Shown piece by piece: positions 11,342 through 21,866 of a DNA stretch of 64,000 nucleotides. Position numbers and translations under genes: made by a program. The notes below the pieces were generated by a model. The model was given only the letters and a program-made list of their open reading frames with translations. It had not been told where the DNA came from and searched no databases. The stretch lies in NCBI RefSeq assembly GCF_045037415.1, contig NZ_CP173438.1; one strand, written 5' to 3'. How positions within the stretch are numbered: position 1 is the stretch's first letter; each line of letters begins with the position of its first letter. The stretch is from Escherichia coli. GTDB lineage: Bacteria > Pseudomonadota > Gammaproteobacteria > Enterobacterales > Enterobacteriaceae.

Positions 11342-13324
11342 TTAACGGCTCTGCTTTCTCAACAAATAGATAAAATATGGCGCGCCGATAAAGGTCGACA
11401 GCAGCCCCGCTGGGATCTGGAATGGAAACAATACCATCCGCCCACACCAGTCAGCGAACACCAGCAGTAATCCTCCCACCAGCGCCGAAATTACGATGTG
11501 TGGCATCGTCCGTCGAAAGCCCATCATCCGCGCAATATGCGGTGCCATTAAACCAACAAAACTCAACGGACCAATGGTCATTGTCGCGGTCGCCGTCAGG
11601 CAAGCCGCTAACAGCAGCAGCGCAATTCGCGTCGGCGTCAGCGCCATCCCCACGGCTCGTGCGGTATCACCACCCAGCGGTAAAATGGTCAGCCAGCGGC
11701 GGCACAGCGGGGTAATCGCCAGCAAAATCACCATCACAATTCCAGTACGCCAGACCTGCGCATCGGTCGCGTTGTAGGTCGAACCGGAAATCCAGGTCAG
11801 AACTTGCGCCATTCGCGGGTCACCACTTGCCTGCAACATCATCAAAAGCATGGTGAACGCGGTACTTAACGCCATCCCCGCCAGTAACATGCGGTGTGGG
11901 GAAAATCCACCGCGTCCGGCGGCGATCATAATGATCAACAGCGTCACCGCCGCCCCGAGACTGCCTGTGGGTAACAGCCAGCCAAAGGCATTACCCGGCA
12001 CCAGAAACAGCATTAACACCACGCCAAACGCCGCGCCGGAGCTAATCCCCAGCACTTCCGGGCTTGCCATCGGGTTTCCGGTCAGCCGCTGAATAATACA
12101 GCCCGCCACCGCCAGCATGACACCCGCAAACAGCGCCGCCATAATTCGCGGCCAGCGCCAGGGCATCAAATCCTCGAGCAACGCCCCGCTCGCCCACGTC
12201 CAGCCGTGCGCATCACGACCAAACGACAGCGCCACCACCACAGCCATCAACAGCAGCACGCCGCCCGCGAGAGCAAACGCCAGCACGTGTTGGCGTTCAG
12301 TCGCGACACGATCGTTGACCTTCATATCCGGCGCGCTAATGCTGCGTAAACGCGGCAGCAGCCACAGTAGCAGCGGCGCACCGATCAACGCAGTGACCGA
12401 ACCGGTAGACACTTCCATCCACACGCGAGTCAGCCAGAGGATGATTTGATCAGAAAGCCACAGAATTAACGCACCAATCAGCGATGCCAGCATCAACCGT
12501 GGCAACAAACGCCGCGCCCCCAGCATTTTCGCCAGCAGTGGCGCGAACAAACCGATAAAGCCGATAATCCCCACCGCGTTCACCAGCAGCGCACTGATGA
12601 CAATCGCCAGCGACAACGCCGCCAGACGAGCGAGCGACAAGGCCAGCCCGAGATTGCGCGCCACGCCATCATCAAGCCCCATCAGAGTTAACGGGCGAAG
12701 TAGCAATAACGTCAGCATCACGCCGCCCAGCAGCTGCGGCCATAAACGCTCAACGCCGCCCCAGTCGGTTTGCGTCAGCGTTCCGGTGCTCCACAGGAAC
12801 ATGCTTTGCAGTTGGTCATGATGGAAGATAACCAGTAACTGATTGATTGCGCCGCAATAAAGGCTCACTACCAGCCCCGCGAGGATCAGCGTTACCGGCG
12901 AAAGCCGTTTCCCCCACGCGACGCCAAAGACGATTAAGCCAACAACACAAGCCCCTGCCAGCGCAGCAAACTGGCTCGCCATCGCGCCGGGGATCGCCCA
13001 GAGCGTGGTGACGGTAATCCCCAGTTGCGCGCCTGTTGCAACACCCAACGTCGTCGGTTCCGCCAGCGGGTTACGCAGCACTTGCTGAAACAGCACGCCC
13101 ACCATCCCCAGGCCCGCGCCCACCAGCAGCGAAATCGCCAGACGCGGCAACAAGCTGTAGTGAAAAATCATCTGCTCGATGACGTCAATATCCGGCGACC
13201 AGGCGGCCTGCGCCCACTGGCTGCGCGGCAGCGCCTGCGAGAAGTTCATCCAGGTCAACGCCGCAGCAGCAACCACCAGCAGCGCCAGCAATAACACCGG
13301 AAAAAGCGCAATTCGTTTACTCAC
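11342..13324 (-). CDS. fhuB: ferrichrome ABC transporter permease FhuB (duplicated permease)
   Basis: 660-aa translation, two FecCD-like halves. Confidence 0.95.
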   Translation of the reverse strand: MSKRIALFPVLLLALLVVAAAALTWMNFSQALPRSQWAQAAWSPDIDVIEQMIFHYSLLPRLAISLLVGAGLGMVGVLFQQVLRNPLAEPTTLGVATGAQLGITVTTLWAIPGAMASQFAALAGACVVGLIVFGVAWGKRLSPVTLILAGLVVSLYCGAINQLLVIFHHDQLQSMFLWSTGTLTQTDWGGVERLWPQLLGGVMLTLLLLRPLTLMGLDDGVARNLGLALSLARLAALSLAIVISALLVNAVGIIGFIGLFAPLLAKMLGARRLLPRLMLASLIGALILWLSDQIILWLTRVWMEVSTGSVTALIGAPLLLWLLPRLRSISAPDMKVNDRVATERQHVLAFALAGGVLLLMAVVVALSFGRDAHGWTWASGALLEDLMPWRWPRIMAALFAGVMLAVAGCIIQRLTGNPMASPEVLGISSGAAFGVVLMLFLVPGNAFGWLLPTGSLGAAVTLLIIMIAAGRGGFSPHRMLLAGMALSTAFTMLLMMLQASGDPRMAQVLTWISGSTYNATDAQVWRTGIVMVILLAITPLCRRWLTILPLGGDTARAVGMALTPTRIALLLLAACLTATATMTIGPLSFVGLMAPHIARMMGFRRTMPHIVISALVGGLLLVFADWCGRMVLFPFQIPAGLLSTFIGAPYFIYLLRKQSR

Positions 13325-14211
13325 GCTTTACCTCCGATGGCGTTATCCAGAATACGCACAAAGTGCATTGCAGAAAGCGTCGCACCATAGAACCAAACTG
13401 CAGGTACGCGCTGAAAGCGTCCGGCGCGGACAAACGGCATGGCCTGCCACAGCGGGGTTGCCATTAGCGCATCCATGTCTTTGCTGTTGTCGTGATCAAA
13501 ACAGAGCACATCAACGTCTTTATACGCTGCCAGACGATCGATACTGACGGCGGTACTGCCCCAGAAGTTGGTTTCCCCTTGCCAGGCATTTGGGATGCCG
13601 TACTCATCGAGAATTTCCTGGAACAAGCTGTTTGGACCGAAGACCAACATATGGCGCGGATCGATAAGCGTCGTCAGCAATAACGGGCGTGCACCACGCT
13701 TCACAAAGCGGGGTTTCATGCTGCGGATAAAGTCTTCATAGTGCGCTAAATGCGTTTCCGCTGCGCTTTGCAGGTTAAGTAAATCTGCCATTTCCGTCAG
13801 TGATTTACGCGCCATCGCCAGTGGCTGTTTGCCGTCGCTGAAGTTAAATCCGCGCCCCGGCGCAATACGTGCCAGCATTTCTGGTGAAGGGCCATATCCT
13901 GCAGACCAGACCATAAACGACGGTTTCATTTCGGTCAGCAGTTCAAGGTTGGGTTCTGTACGCAAACCAACGTCAATCACTGAGTCCGGCAATGGCGGTT
14001 CGCTGACCCACAGGCGATAGTTGATGGTGTCCGCCACGCCGTAAGGCACGATGCCGAGCGCCAGCAGTAACTCCACCGGCAACCACTCCAGTGCCACAAT
14101 ACGATTGGGATCAATAACCGCCGCGTGGGCGGTATTCATCTGCCATAACAACGGAGAAAGCGCCATCGCCGTTAACAGTCGGCGGCGCGAAATAAGAGGT
14201 AAGCCGCTCAT
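13321..14211 (-). CDS. fhuD: ferrichrome periplasmic binding protein FhuD
   Basis: ORF 13321..14214; ATG at 14209-14211 gives the 296-aa MSGLPLISRRRLL (Tat-like) N-terminus; overlaps fhuB start and fhuC stop. Confidence 0.9.
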   Translation of the reverse strand: MSGLPLISRRRLLTAMALSPLLWQMNTAHAAVIDPNRIVALEWLPVELLLALGIVPYGVADTINYRLWVSEPPLPDSVIDVGLRTEPNLELLTEMKPSFMVWSAGYGPSPEMLARIAPGRGFNFSDGKQPLAMARKSLTEMADLLNLQSAAETHLAHYEDFIRSMKPRFVKRGARPLLLTTLIDPRHMLVFGPNSLFQEILDEYGIPNAWQGETNFWGSTAVSIDRLAAYKDVDVLCFDHDNSKDMDALMATPLWQAMPFVRAGRFQRVPAVWFYGATLSAMHFVRILDNAIGGKA

Positions 14212-15008
14212 CAATAAACAAAACTCACAGGTGCAGCACCCGCCGGATGCGGCAGAATACCCATCGGGATGCCATAAATCATTTCGAGGGTTTCGCCGCG
14301 CATAATTTCCGCAGGCGTTCCCTGAGCAATCATTTCACCGCCGCGTAGGGCGACCAGATAATCACAGTAGCGCGCCGCCATATTGATATCGTGCAGCACG
14401 GCAATGACCGTCAGGCCACGCTCCTGACTTAAACGATGCACCAGCGCCAGTACATCAACCTGGTGGGCGATATCCAGCGCCGAAGTCGGTTCGTCGAGCA
14501 ACAGACAGCGGCTATCCTGCGCCACCAGCATGGCGATCCACGCCCGCTGACGTTCGCCGCCAGAAAGGCTATCGACCAGCCGATGCGCCAGCGGTTTTAA
14601 GCCAACCAGCGAGATAGCTTCCTCGACCTTTTCGCGATCTGCAACACCAAAGCGCCCCAGCGCGCCATGCCACGGGTAACGACCAATCGCCACCAGTTCA
14701 CGCACGGTCATCCCTTCTGCCGGAGGAAGCTGCTGCGGCAAATAAGCCACTTTGCGGGCAAACGCTTTGCTGCTCCAGCTTTCCAGCGGTTGGGCATCAA
14801 TAAGAATCTCCCCTTCCGACGGTGGCTGGTGACGACCAAGCATTTTGAGCAGAGTGGATTTACCAGAACCGTTGTGACCAATCAGACCGGTCACTTTCCC
14901 GGCAGGAAAGGTTAACGACAGCGGATGCAAAAGCGTGCGCCCGGGCACACGAAAGGAGATATTACGCAGTGCAAAAGTGGTATCGGAATGATTCGTGTAT
15001 TCCTGCAT
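14211..15008 (-). CDS. fhuC: ferrichrome ABC transporter ATP-binding protein FhuC
   Basis: ORF 14211..15050; start moved to MQEYTNHSDTTFAL (265 aa); Walker A GHNGSGKST. Confidence 0.9.
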   Translation of the reverse strand: MQEYTNHSDTTFALRNISFRVPGRTLLHPLSLTFPAGKVTGLIGHNGSGKSTLLKMLGRHQPPSEGEILIDAQPLESWSSKAFARKVAYLPQQLPPAEGMTVRELVAIGRYPWHGALGRFGVADREKVEEAISLVGLKPLAHRLVDSLSGGERQRAWIAMLVAQDSRCLLLDEPTSALDIAHQVDVLALVHRLSQERGLTVIAVLHDINMAARYCDYLVALRGGEMIAQGTPAEIMRGETLEMIYGIPMGILPHPAGAAPVSFVY

Positions 15009-15059
15009 AACAGCCAACTTGTGAAACGGGCACGGAAATCCGTGCCCCAAAAAGAGAAA

Positions 15060-17309
15060 TTAGAAACGGAAGGTTGCGGTTGCAACGACCTGACGTTCTG
15101 CGCCCCAGAAGCAACCATAAGTGTTAAAGCAGCTGGCGACGTATTCACGATCGAACAGGTTGTTGACATGCAGCGCCACGTTGGAGCCCGCCATGCCGAC
15201 TCGCGCCAGATCATAACGCACTAACGCATCCACGACCGTATAACTTCCCACTTTAAAGGAGTTAGCCGGATCACCATAGCTGGAGCCAGTATAACGACCA
15301 CCGGTGCCCAGCGTCAGACCTGAAAGCGGACCGTCAAAGAAGGTATAGTCAGCCCACAGCGAAGCCATGTGTTTTGGCACCTGTGCAGGCGTATTTCCTT
15401 TGTAGTTGGTGTCAGTGGTGTATTCCGCGTCAGTATAGGTGTAAGAACCAACCAAGTTAACACTCGCCGACAGTGCCGCTTTCGCTTCCAGCTCTACGCC
15501 ACGCGCACGAATCTCACCGCCTTCAACCGAGAACAGTGAACCGTTCGGATCCGCCATCAGGTTATTAGTTTTGGTAAGCTGATACAGTGCGCCAGTCACC
15601 ACAATTGGGCGATCTTCTGGCACATATTTCACGCCGACTTCATACTGTTTGCCTTTCGAAGGTGCAAACAGATCGCCGTTCGCATCAGTCTGTGAAGCGG
15701 GTTCAAATGATTCACTGTAGCTGAAGTAAGGCGTTACGCCGTTGTCGAACAGGTAGTTTACACCACCACGCCAGGTGAACTCTTTGTCGTCACGTTCAGA
15801 TTTATTACCGTAATCACGGTTGAAAGATGACTGATCGGCCCAGTCATAGCGACCGCCAAGCGTAACCAGCACTTTATCCCACTGCGCCTGATCCTGAACA
15901 TACAGGCCGGTTTGTTTCTGTTTCAGCAGAACGCGGTATGGACCAGACGGATTCGGGTGAGCGCCAAAATCAAAGTCACTACGGTCTAAATTATAGATAT
16001 CAGATGGTGCAACTGAACCGGCATAACCAAACCAGGAATCGATGTCATTACGCATACGCATAAAGTCAACGCCAGTCAGCAGAGTGTGATCCACTGAACC
16101 GGTTGCGAATTTGCTTTGCAACTGAGTATCAACAGAGAAGTTTTCTAACTTCTCATTATCGATAACGTACTGACGAGTCAGTGTATGGCCCCATTGAGAC
16201 TGCGGCACGTTAGCACATGGACTCGAAGAGGGGTTTGAAGAATAGAGCGGGTCTGAGCACATGCCGTAGCCATATACGCTCTTTTGCGAGACTTTATTTT
16301 GTGCAAAGCGCAGGTTCTGACGCACAGTAAAGGTGTCGTTAAATTCGTGGTCGAAGCTATAACCAATCATCTTCTCGTTACGAGAATAGGTGTTGTTCTT
16401 CGCGCCTTCGTTAAAGTCGGTCGGCAGACGCTTACCGTTTGGCAGCGGTTCGACAGTCCCCTCTTTCGGCAACCAGCCGTAATAACCGGTTTCCGGCTCG
16501 TTCTGGAAGTAAGAAAGGAAAGTGAAATTGGTTTTATCATTCGGACGCCAGGTAAACGCTGGAGCAATAGCATAACGCTGCTCTTCAGCCCCCTTCTGCT
16601 GGGCATTCGCAGAACGCGCAAGGCCGGTCAGGCGATAAGAGTAAACGCCGTCATCATCCAGCGCATCGCTGAAGTCAAAACCAGTCTGGAATAGGCTGTC
16701 AGTCCCGGCCTTAAACTGAACTTCTTTCAACGGTTCAGTGGTCGGGCGCTTGCTGACCATGTTCAACAGGCCGCCTGGGCTGCTTTTCCCATACAGCACG
16801 GAAACCGGGCCACGCATGATTTCAGCGCGCTCCAGCATATATGGGTCAATAACCGCATCGTTATAGAAGTTGCCCTGCATCTTCAGGCCATTCAGATAGT
16901 TGTTCTGGCTTTGGCCGTCTGCCGCAAATCCGCGGATGATCAGGTAATCATAAGTATTAGATGCGCCACGGGTTCCCACAGCAACGCCAGGGGTATAGCT
17001 AAGCGCTTCTTTCACCGACTTAGGCTGATGCAGTGCCATCTCTTCAGCGGTGACGACAGAAATAGATTGAGGTACTTTTTGAATCGGCGTATCAGTTTTA
17101 GTGCCGGTAGCGGACTGTCGCGCCGCAATAGTTGCAGCTGGCCCCCATGCGCTTTCTTGCGGCGCAGGTGCAGCGGTAACGGTGATAGTGTCTTCTTTCG
17201 GTTCAACCGCTGCCTGTGCATAAACAGACATGCCGCTAACCGCTGTGGCTACTACAACTGCGATTTTACGCAGTGAGTGTTTTGGCTGAGCAGTTTTGGA
17301 ACGCGCCAT
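15060..17309 (-). CDS. fhuA: TonB-dependent ferrichrome outer membrane receptor FhuA (phage T1/T5/phi80 and colicin M receptor)
   Basis: 749-aa translation with signal peptide, TonB box (DTITVTA), terminal ...ATATFRF beta-barrel motif. Confidence 0.95.
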   Translation of the reverse strand: MARSKTAQPKHSLRKIAVVVATAVSGMSVYAQAAVEPKEDTITVTAAPAPQESAWGPAATIAARQSATGTKTDTPIQKVPQSISVVTAEEMALHQPKSVKEALSYTPGVAVGTRGASNTYDYLIIRGFAADGQSQNNYLNGLKMQGNFYNDAVIDPYMLERAEIMRGPVSVLYGKSSPGGLLNMVSKRPTTEPLKEVQFKAGTDSLFQTGFDFSDALDDDGVYSYRLTGLARSANAQQKGAEEQRYAIAPAFTWRPNDKTNFTFLSYFQNEPETGYYGWLPKEGTVEPLPNGKRLPTDFNEGAKNNTYSRNEKMIGYSFDHEFNDTFTVRQNLRFAQNKVSQKSVYGYGMCSDPLYSSNPSSSPCANVPQSQWGHTLTRQYVIDNEKLENFSVDTQLQSKFATGSVDHTLLTGVDFMRMRNDIDSWFGYAGSVAPSDIYNLDRSDFDFGAHPNPSGPYRVLLKQKQTGLYVQDQAQWDKVLVTLGGRYDWADQSSFNRDYGNKSERDDKEFTWRGGVNYLFDNGVTPYFSYSESFEPASQTDANGDLFAPSKGKQYEVGVKYVPEDRPIVVTGALYQLTKTNNLMADPNGSLFSVEGGEIRARGVELEAKAALSASVNLVGSYTYTDAEYTTDTNYKGNTPAQVPKHMASLWADYTFFDGPLSGLTLGTGGRYTGSSYGDPANSFKVGSYTVVDALVRYDLARVGMAGSNVALHVNNLFDREYVASCFNTYGCFWGAERQVVATATFRF

Positions 17310-17330
17310 TGGTATATCTCTGATGAAAGT

Positions 17331-17360
17331 GAATGATAACGTAAACGAGAATGATTATTA
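17331..17360 (-). promoter_or_regulatory. Fur box (iron box) in fhuA promoter/leader
   Basis: Plus strand gaatgataacgtaaacgagaatgattatta; reverse complement contains GATAATCATTCTC...GTTATCATTC, close to the Fur consensus GATAATGATAATCATTATC; lies 22-51 nt upstream of the fhuA ATG. Confidence 0.55.
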
Positions 17361-17528
17361 TAAAGATGCGATAATATTCGAAACGCTGGCGGGTTCGCAA
17401 GTGATATACGCTCTGTGCGTCCATGAAGGGGCGAGAATCAATCAGATGAATCAAAAATGTTAATCTTTGCACCGTAAACCATAAAAATTCCATTACCAAA
17501 AATTAACATTTATGGCAAAGGGAAAAGC

Positions 17529-18539
17529 TTATCGGTAATACACTTCGAAGGTGGCAACAGAATTAACCCGACCACTTTTGACGCTACCCATTTTGATGTA
17601 GCGTGCTTTTAACGGAATAGTAACATTTTGATTTAACGTCGTTTTTTGAACAGGTGTATAGTCTGTATCAAATACCATCACATTGTTATTACTATCGAGG
17701 ATCTGCAGACCAACTCCTTCCGCCATTCCTGAACCAGACTCAATATTAAGAATATTATTACCCGTTACTCCAGTAGAACCTGATGAAGTAAAGCGGTAAT
17801 CAACTTTTACATCCTGAGAACATTTTTCAATCTGAATTTTAAACCGATCATCGGAAACTACAGGTGACACATTGTTAACATCAAAATCATCTGTGCCAAT
17901 ATCATTGAGTGGAACGGTAATATTTTTTTCTATAAGGTCGCATGTGCCCGGTTGAATATTGACCGGAACAGAACTAAAACGAAGCTCTCCAATAACACGA
18001 TTGTCATACTTCCAGTCAGCAACCAGTTTGCTGGTATCAATGGTCCCATTACCGACAGGTCCTGTGACAATAAACTGAATAGCTGCATGTATTGTAATCG
18101 GATAACCATATCCTTTAATCACTGTTGACGAGCCTTTATGCCAGGGCGTCATTAAATATCCGGCGGTGAGTTGCGCACTGGTGTTATTCGCCCACGCCGC
18201 GCGAAAACCGATTCCTGGCACATTAGTCTGAAACACATTGTTAAGTGGGTTATCAGTACGCATATCACCGTTTGTCAATACGGTATATCCTTGCCAGATC
18301 TCACCATTTGCCGTACAGGAAACTGAAATTGACGGACTGTTCGCATTTACTGTCGCAATAATCGTTCCAGGAACGGCATCGCTATTAACAACCAACGCAG
18401 GCACGGAGAATTGTACTGTTGCCGGATTTCCTCCATTTCCAGAAATGTTACAACCGGCGAAAACCTCAGGAATGACGCCCCAGCTAAGAAATATTATGGT
18501 CAATAATGTTCGTATATAAGAGACGAATCCTGGCTTCAT
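17529..18539 (-). CDS. fimbrial adhesin-like protein (two-domain tip subunit), last gene of accessory chaperone-usher operon
   Basis: 336-aa translation with signal peptide and pilin-type C-terminus ...ATFEVYYR; longer than a structural pilin, consistent with lectin + pilin domains. Confidence 0.75.
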   Translation of the reverse strand: MKPGFVSYIRTLLTIIFLSWGVIPEVFAGCNISGNGGNPATVQFSVPALVVNSDAVPGTIIATVNANSPSISVSCTANGEIWQGYTVLTNGDMRTDNPLNNVFQTNVPGIGFRAAWANNTSAQLTAGYLMTPWHKGSSTVIKGYGYPITIHAAIQFIVTGPVGNGTIDTSKLVADWKYDNRVIGELRFSSVPVNIQPGTCDLIEKNITVPLNDIGTDDFDVNNVSPVVSDDRFKIQIEKCSQDVKVDYRFTSSGSTGVTGNNILNIESGSGMAEGVGLQILDSNNNVMVFDTDYTPVQKTTLNQNVTIPLKARYIKMGSVKSGRVNSVATFEVYYR

Positions 18540-18560
18540 TATTTTTTCCTGTCTTATTTG

Positions 18561-21038
18561 TTATCGGCAATCCATTGTGGCTTTATAGATACCCGTGGTG
18601 TATTTTTCTGGCACTGTGACAACTCCTGTACATTGCTGGTTAATCTCTTTTCCCCACTGTACCGTAAATGTCATTGATTCTTGCACACCAGTAATATAAA
18701 CCTCCCCATCTTCACCAACAATCGCTGTACTATTCCCTAATGTCAGCAATGCCCCAAAGGGTACGCGTTCTTTATTATGGACTAATGTCAACAAGGCTCG
18801 TATTCCGCTACGTGCATCAAAATCGACACCAACAACAGCCCCTTTCGAAGGAATAACATCTTGTGTGGCATCAGAAATATCAAGACTATCGTGCCCCTGT
18901 GTATTCACAGTAATAGCGTTATGTCGATAATTCGTCATATTGGGAACAATCGCGTTTCCCCAATAATCAGTATAAACGCCTTGCGCATTTTGTACTTTTA
19001 CATTGGCACCCTCATTAATATGCACGATCGCGAATGAATCCTGCACTGATTGCCCCAATGTTACTCCATGAGCATGAGCAACCACCGCACCTTGCGCACT
19101 GTAATTCCACTGACGACTATTTTTATCATAGCTATATCCCAGACCGAATTCCCCCACTGAGCTACGATAACGTCCATTCATGCTGGCATCATAACCCACA
19201 TTATTATCAGTATAACTTTGCTGTAAATTATAACTCAGGTTGTTATCTTGCAGAGCAGTACCGCCAATTCCCAATTGATGTGATGTATTACTTTTATCGG
19301 AACGGTTTACGTTATACATCGCCCATGAATCTGGCAGCCAGCGAGAGAGAGGAATATTGAGTGTTAATGAAAATTGCTGCTCACCAGCCATTCCTGGCGT
19401 TTTCGTTAGTGTGTAATTAACAGACCAATTAATGTTACTCCAGGTCGTACTGTATCCCATTCCTATACTGCGTTCGGCCCCATGCATTCCCCAATAATCC
19501 TGTTGATAACCGTTAAGGTAGACCGAGCCCCAACGACCAATATTTTGTGAAAGATTAATTTGTAAACGATTACGCCGATTATTTGTCTGTCGATAACTGT
19601 AAATACCCTTGTCATCAGGTGTATCACGTTGATCAAGTGCTTCCTGGAAAGTGTAAAATTGTGATGTAGAATAACGATAACTTGCCAGAGTTACTGTCGT
19701 ATCAGTGTCTGGAAAATCTTTCGCATACTGTGCACGCCATGACAGTCCTGTAGCATCATCACGCCCATCATCAAACTTCGTTTCTGCTGCGGTGATATCA
19801 ACAGATACCGACCCCAGACGGCCTAAATCAGCGCCAATCCCTGTCACACCAGAATGATAAATTGAGGCACCAAGTATGCCGCCATAAATCGTTATTCCAT
19901 AGGGCAAGCCATATATCGCGGTTGCAACACCAAAAACAGGTGTCTCAGCATGATTATCGTTGTCACGGTATTTTCCAGTTGCAAGACTATATTTTAATGC
20001 GCCTTCTCGCTGTAGAATTGGAACCGTTGAACTGGCCTGAATAAAACTGTGTTCTTGCCCGTTGGTTTCTTTGATGGTGACTTCCAGATCGGCCCCCGCC
20101 GTTACCTGGCTTAAGTCTTTAATTTCAAATGGCCCTGCCGATACCCACGTTTGGTAAATAACATAGCCGTTTTGTTTAATCACAACTTGTGCATCGCTGT
20201 TGGCAATACCACGAACCACTGGCGCAAAGCCTTGTTCGCTGTCAGGCAGCATACTGGTGTCCGTTTCAAGCTTTATACCTGTCATCTGCACACTGTCAAA
20301 AAGATCGCCATTTGTGAACGTCTGCCCGACTTCCATCTGGCTTCTTAATGCTTTGATATCGCGTTGCAAACTGGTGCTGATCGACTCCCAACTGGAGTCA
20401 CTGTAAACGGTATTATTTCGTAGCCGCCATACGCCTAAATTAATCCCTGAATTTAAATTCAACCAATTTGAATTCAGGTTATCGCCATCACTGTTTTGCC
20501 GGGAACCACTGGCGTAATAACTTAACCAAACCGCACTCTCACCATCACTCCAGTATTTCGGTGAAATACTCCCTGCGGCCCGCGCATTCTGATAGATTTG
20601 CGGGATCCGCAGACACAGCGTTTGGCTGTCTAACTGGAAATCATAACGTGCGCCATCAATAATCTGAGCAATATCACCAAACTCAGTGTCATCATCCATT
20701 ACTTGTAACGCGGGAATGTCGTCAACTTTAAGACCGAACTCACGGAGATCCGCCTTTGTAAAACGAGGGATGAGCCTTTTTTTATCCGAAGACAGAATGA
20801 AGGTAATATTTCTCTTATCAAGATACTCTTGCCCCCACATAACAGAGGTAAGATATACTCCCGGAGTTAAGTTATTATTATTAACAAAATCCTCCAGCAC
20901 TTGTGTATTTTCAAGTGGGCTATCCAGCTCCAGGATACGAAGGTTAAATTCATCTCGTGCATAGCTCAATGAATACACTGCCGATAATGCAAATGTTATC
21001 CCAGTTAAGACAAATGTGCGATGCAATGGTAGCAGCAT
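18561..21038 (-). CDS. fimbrial outer membrane usher protein
   Basis: 825-aa translation with usher features (N-terminal signal, plug and barrel segments, C-terminal Cys pair). Confidence 0.85.
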   Translation of the reverse strand: MLLPLHRTFVLTGITFALSAVYSLSYARDEFNLRILELDSPLENTQVLEDFVNNNNLTPGVYLTSVMWGQEYLDKRNITFILSSDKKRLIPRFTKADLREFGLKVDDIPALQVMDDDTEFGDIAQIIDGARYDFQLDSQTLCLRIPQIYQNARAAGSISPKYWSDGESAVWLSYYASGSRQNSDGDNLNSNWLNLNSGINLGVWRLRNNTVYSDSSWESISTSLQRDIKALRSQMEVGQTFTNGDLFDSVQMTGIKLETDTSMLPDSEQGFAPVVRGIANSDAQVVIKQNGYVIYQTWVSAGPFEIKDLSQVTAGADLEVTIKETNGQEHSFIQASSTVPILQREGALKYSLATGKYRDNDNHAETPVFGVATAIYGLPYGITIYGGILGASIYHSGVTGIGADLGRLGSVSVDITAAETKFDDGRDDATGLSWRAQYAKDFPDTDTTVTLASYRYSTSQFYTFQEALDQRDTPDDKGIYSYRQTNNRRNRLQINLSQNIGRWGSVYLNGYQQDYWGMHGAERSIGMGYSTTWSNINWSVNYTLTKTPGMAGEQQFSLTLNIPLSRWLPDSWAMYNVNRSDKSNTSHQLGIGGTALQDNNLSYNLQQSYTDNNVGYDASMNGRYRSSVGEFGLGYSYDKNSRQWNYSAQGAVVAHAHGVTLGQSVQDSFAIVHINEGANVKVQNAQGVYTDYWGNAIVPNMTNYRHNAITVNTQGHDSLDISDATQDVIPSKGAVVGVDFDARSGIRALLTLVHNKERVPFGALLTLGNSTAIVGEDGEVYITGVQESMTFTVQWGKEINQQCTGVVTVPEKYTTGIYKATMDCR

Positions 21039-21104
21039 AAATTCCCTTGCGCCCGTAATATTATAAATACAGATCGGTTATTTATAGTAATACACTTCGG
21101 TGAT

Positions 21105-21821
21105 TTATAACTTTTGTTGTCGTTTCCCAGAACTTGAACCGTAGTCAGTTATCACCGACCATTCAACAATACTTCCCGCTCCGACAGGAAGACTAAACCG
21201 CTGCTCAGAAAATGGTCCTACCATCATCAATAATGCGCCAGGTTCAGATTTGCTCTCGGTGGGAACAATATTTTTTCCCGATACTGTCAGATCACTGAAT
21301 GAAATATAAAAAGGCGTTGGATTTTTTACTATGAGCTTCCCCGCTTCTTTATGGAACTTAAGTTTTTCCCATGCAGTGAGAGCATCACTATTATCCAAAG
21401 AAGCTGGCCGCCAAAATAATTTAAGCCGGGCTTTCATTGCAAATTGCAAGGTATTTCTATCTTTTAGTTCTTCTGGCATCGCAGAAACAGATTTTATGTT
21501 TGCCAGAAACAAACTTTCCCTATCCTGAGGAAGTTTGTTTTTATCACCTGTAAATACAATATGGAGTAATGTTTGCCGATTTTCTTCAAGTTTATAAACT
21601 GGAGGCGTAATGAGAAAGGGGGCTTTAGAGCCATCAATATTACTCACCCAGCTTTGCACCAAATAGCGTGCATATGCATCTTTATTTTTTAATGTGATTT
21701 GAACTTCATTTTGATTTGAAGGATAGATAATACGTGTACCGCCAAGAACAATACTTGCCTGAACTTGCAATGCCGTAAGAAGAAACGTAAAACCTAAACA
21801 AACTCGAGAAAAAACTGACAT
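21105..21821 (-). CDS. periplasmic fimbrial chaperone (PapD-like)
   Basis: ORF 21105..21854; start placed at ATG 21821 (MSVFSRVCLGF... signal peptide), preceded by ggaggg 8 nt upstream. Confidence 0.8.
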   Translation of the reverse strand: MSVFSRVCLGFTFLLTALQVQASIVLGGTRIIYPSNQNEVQITLKNKDAYARYLVQSWVSNIDGSKAPFLITPPVYKLEENRQTLLHIVFTGDKNKLPQDRESLFLANIKSVSAMPEELKDRNTLQFAMKARLKLFWRPASLDNSDALTAWEKLKFHKEAGKLIVKNPTPFYISFSDLTVSGKNIVPTESKSEPGALLMMVGPFSEQRFSLPVGAGSIVEWSVITDYGSSSGKRQQKL

Positions 21822-21866
21822 AAATAACCCTCCGTGGTCAAACAGTCCTTTCAAACACTATGAATA

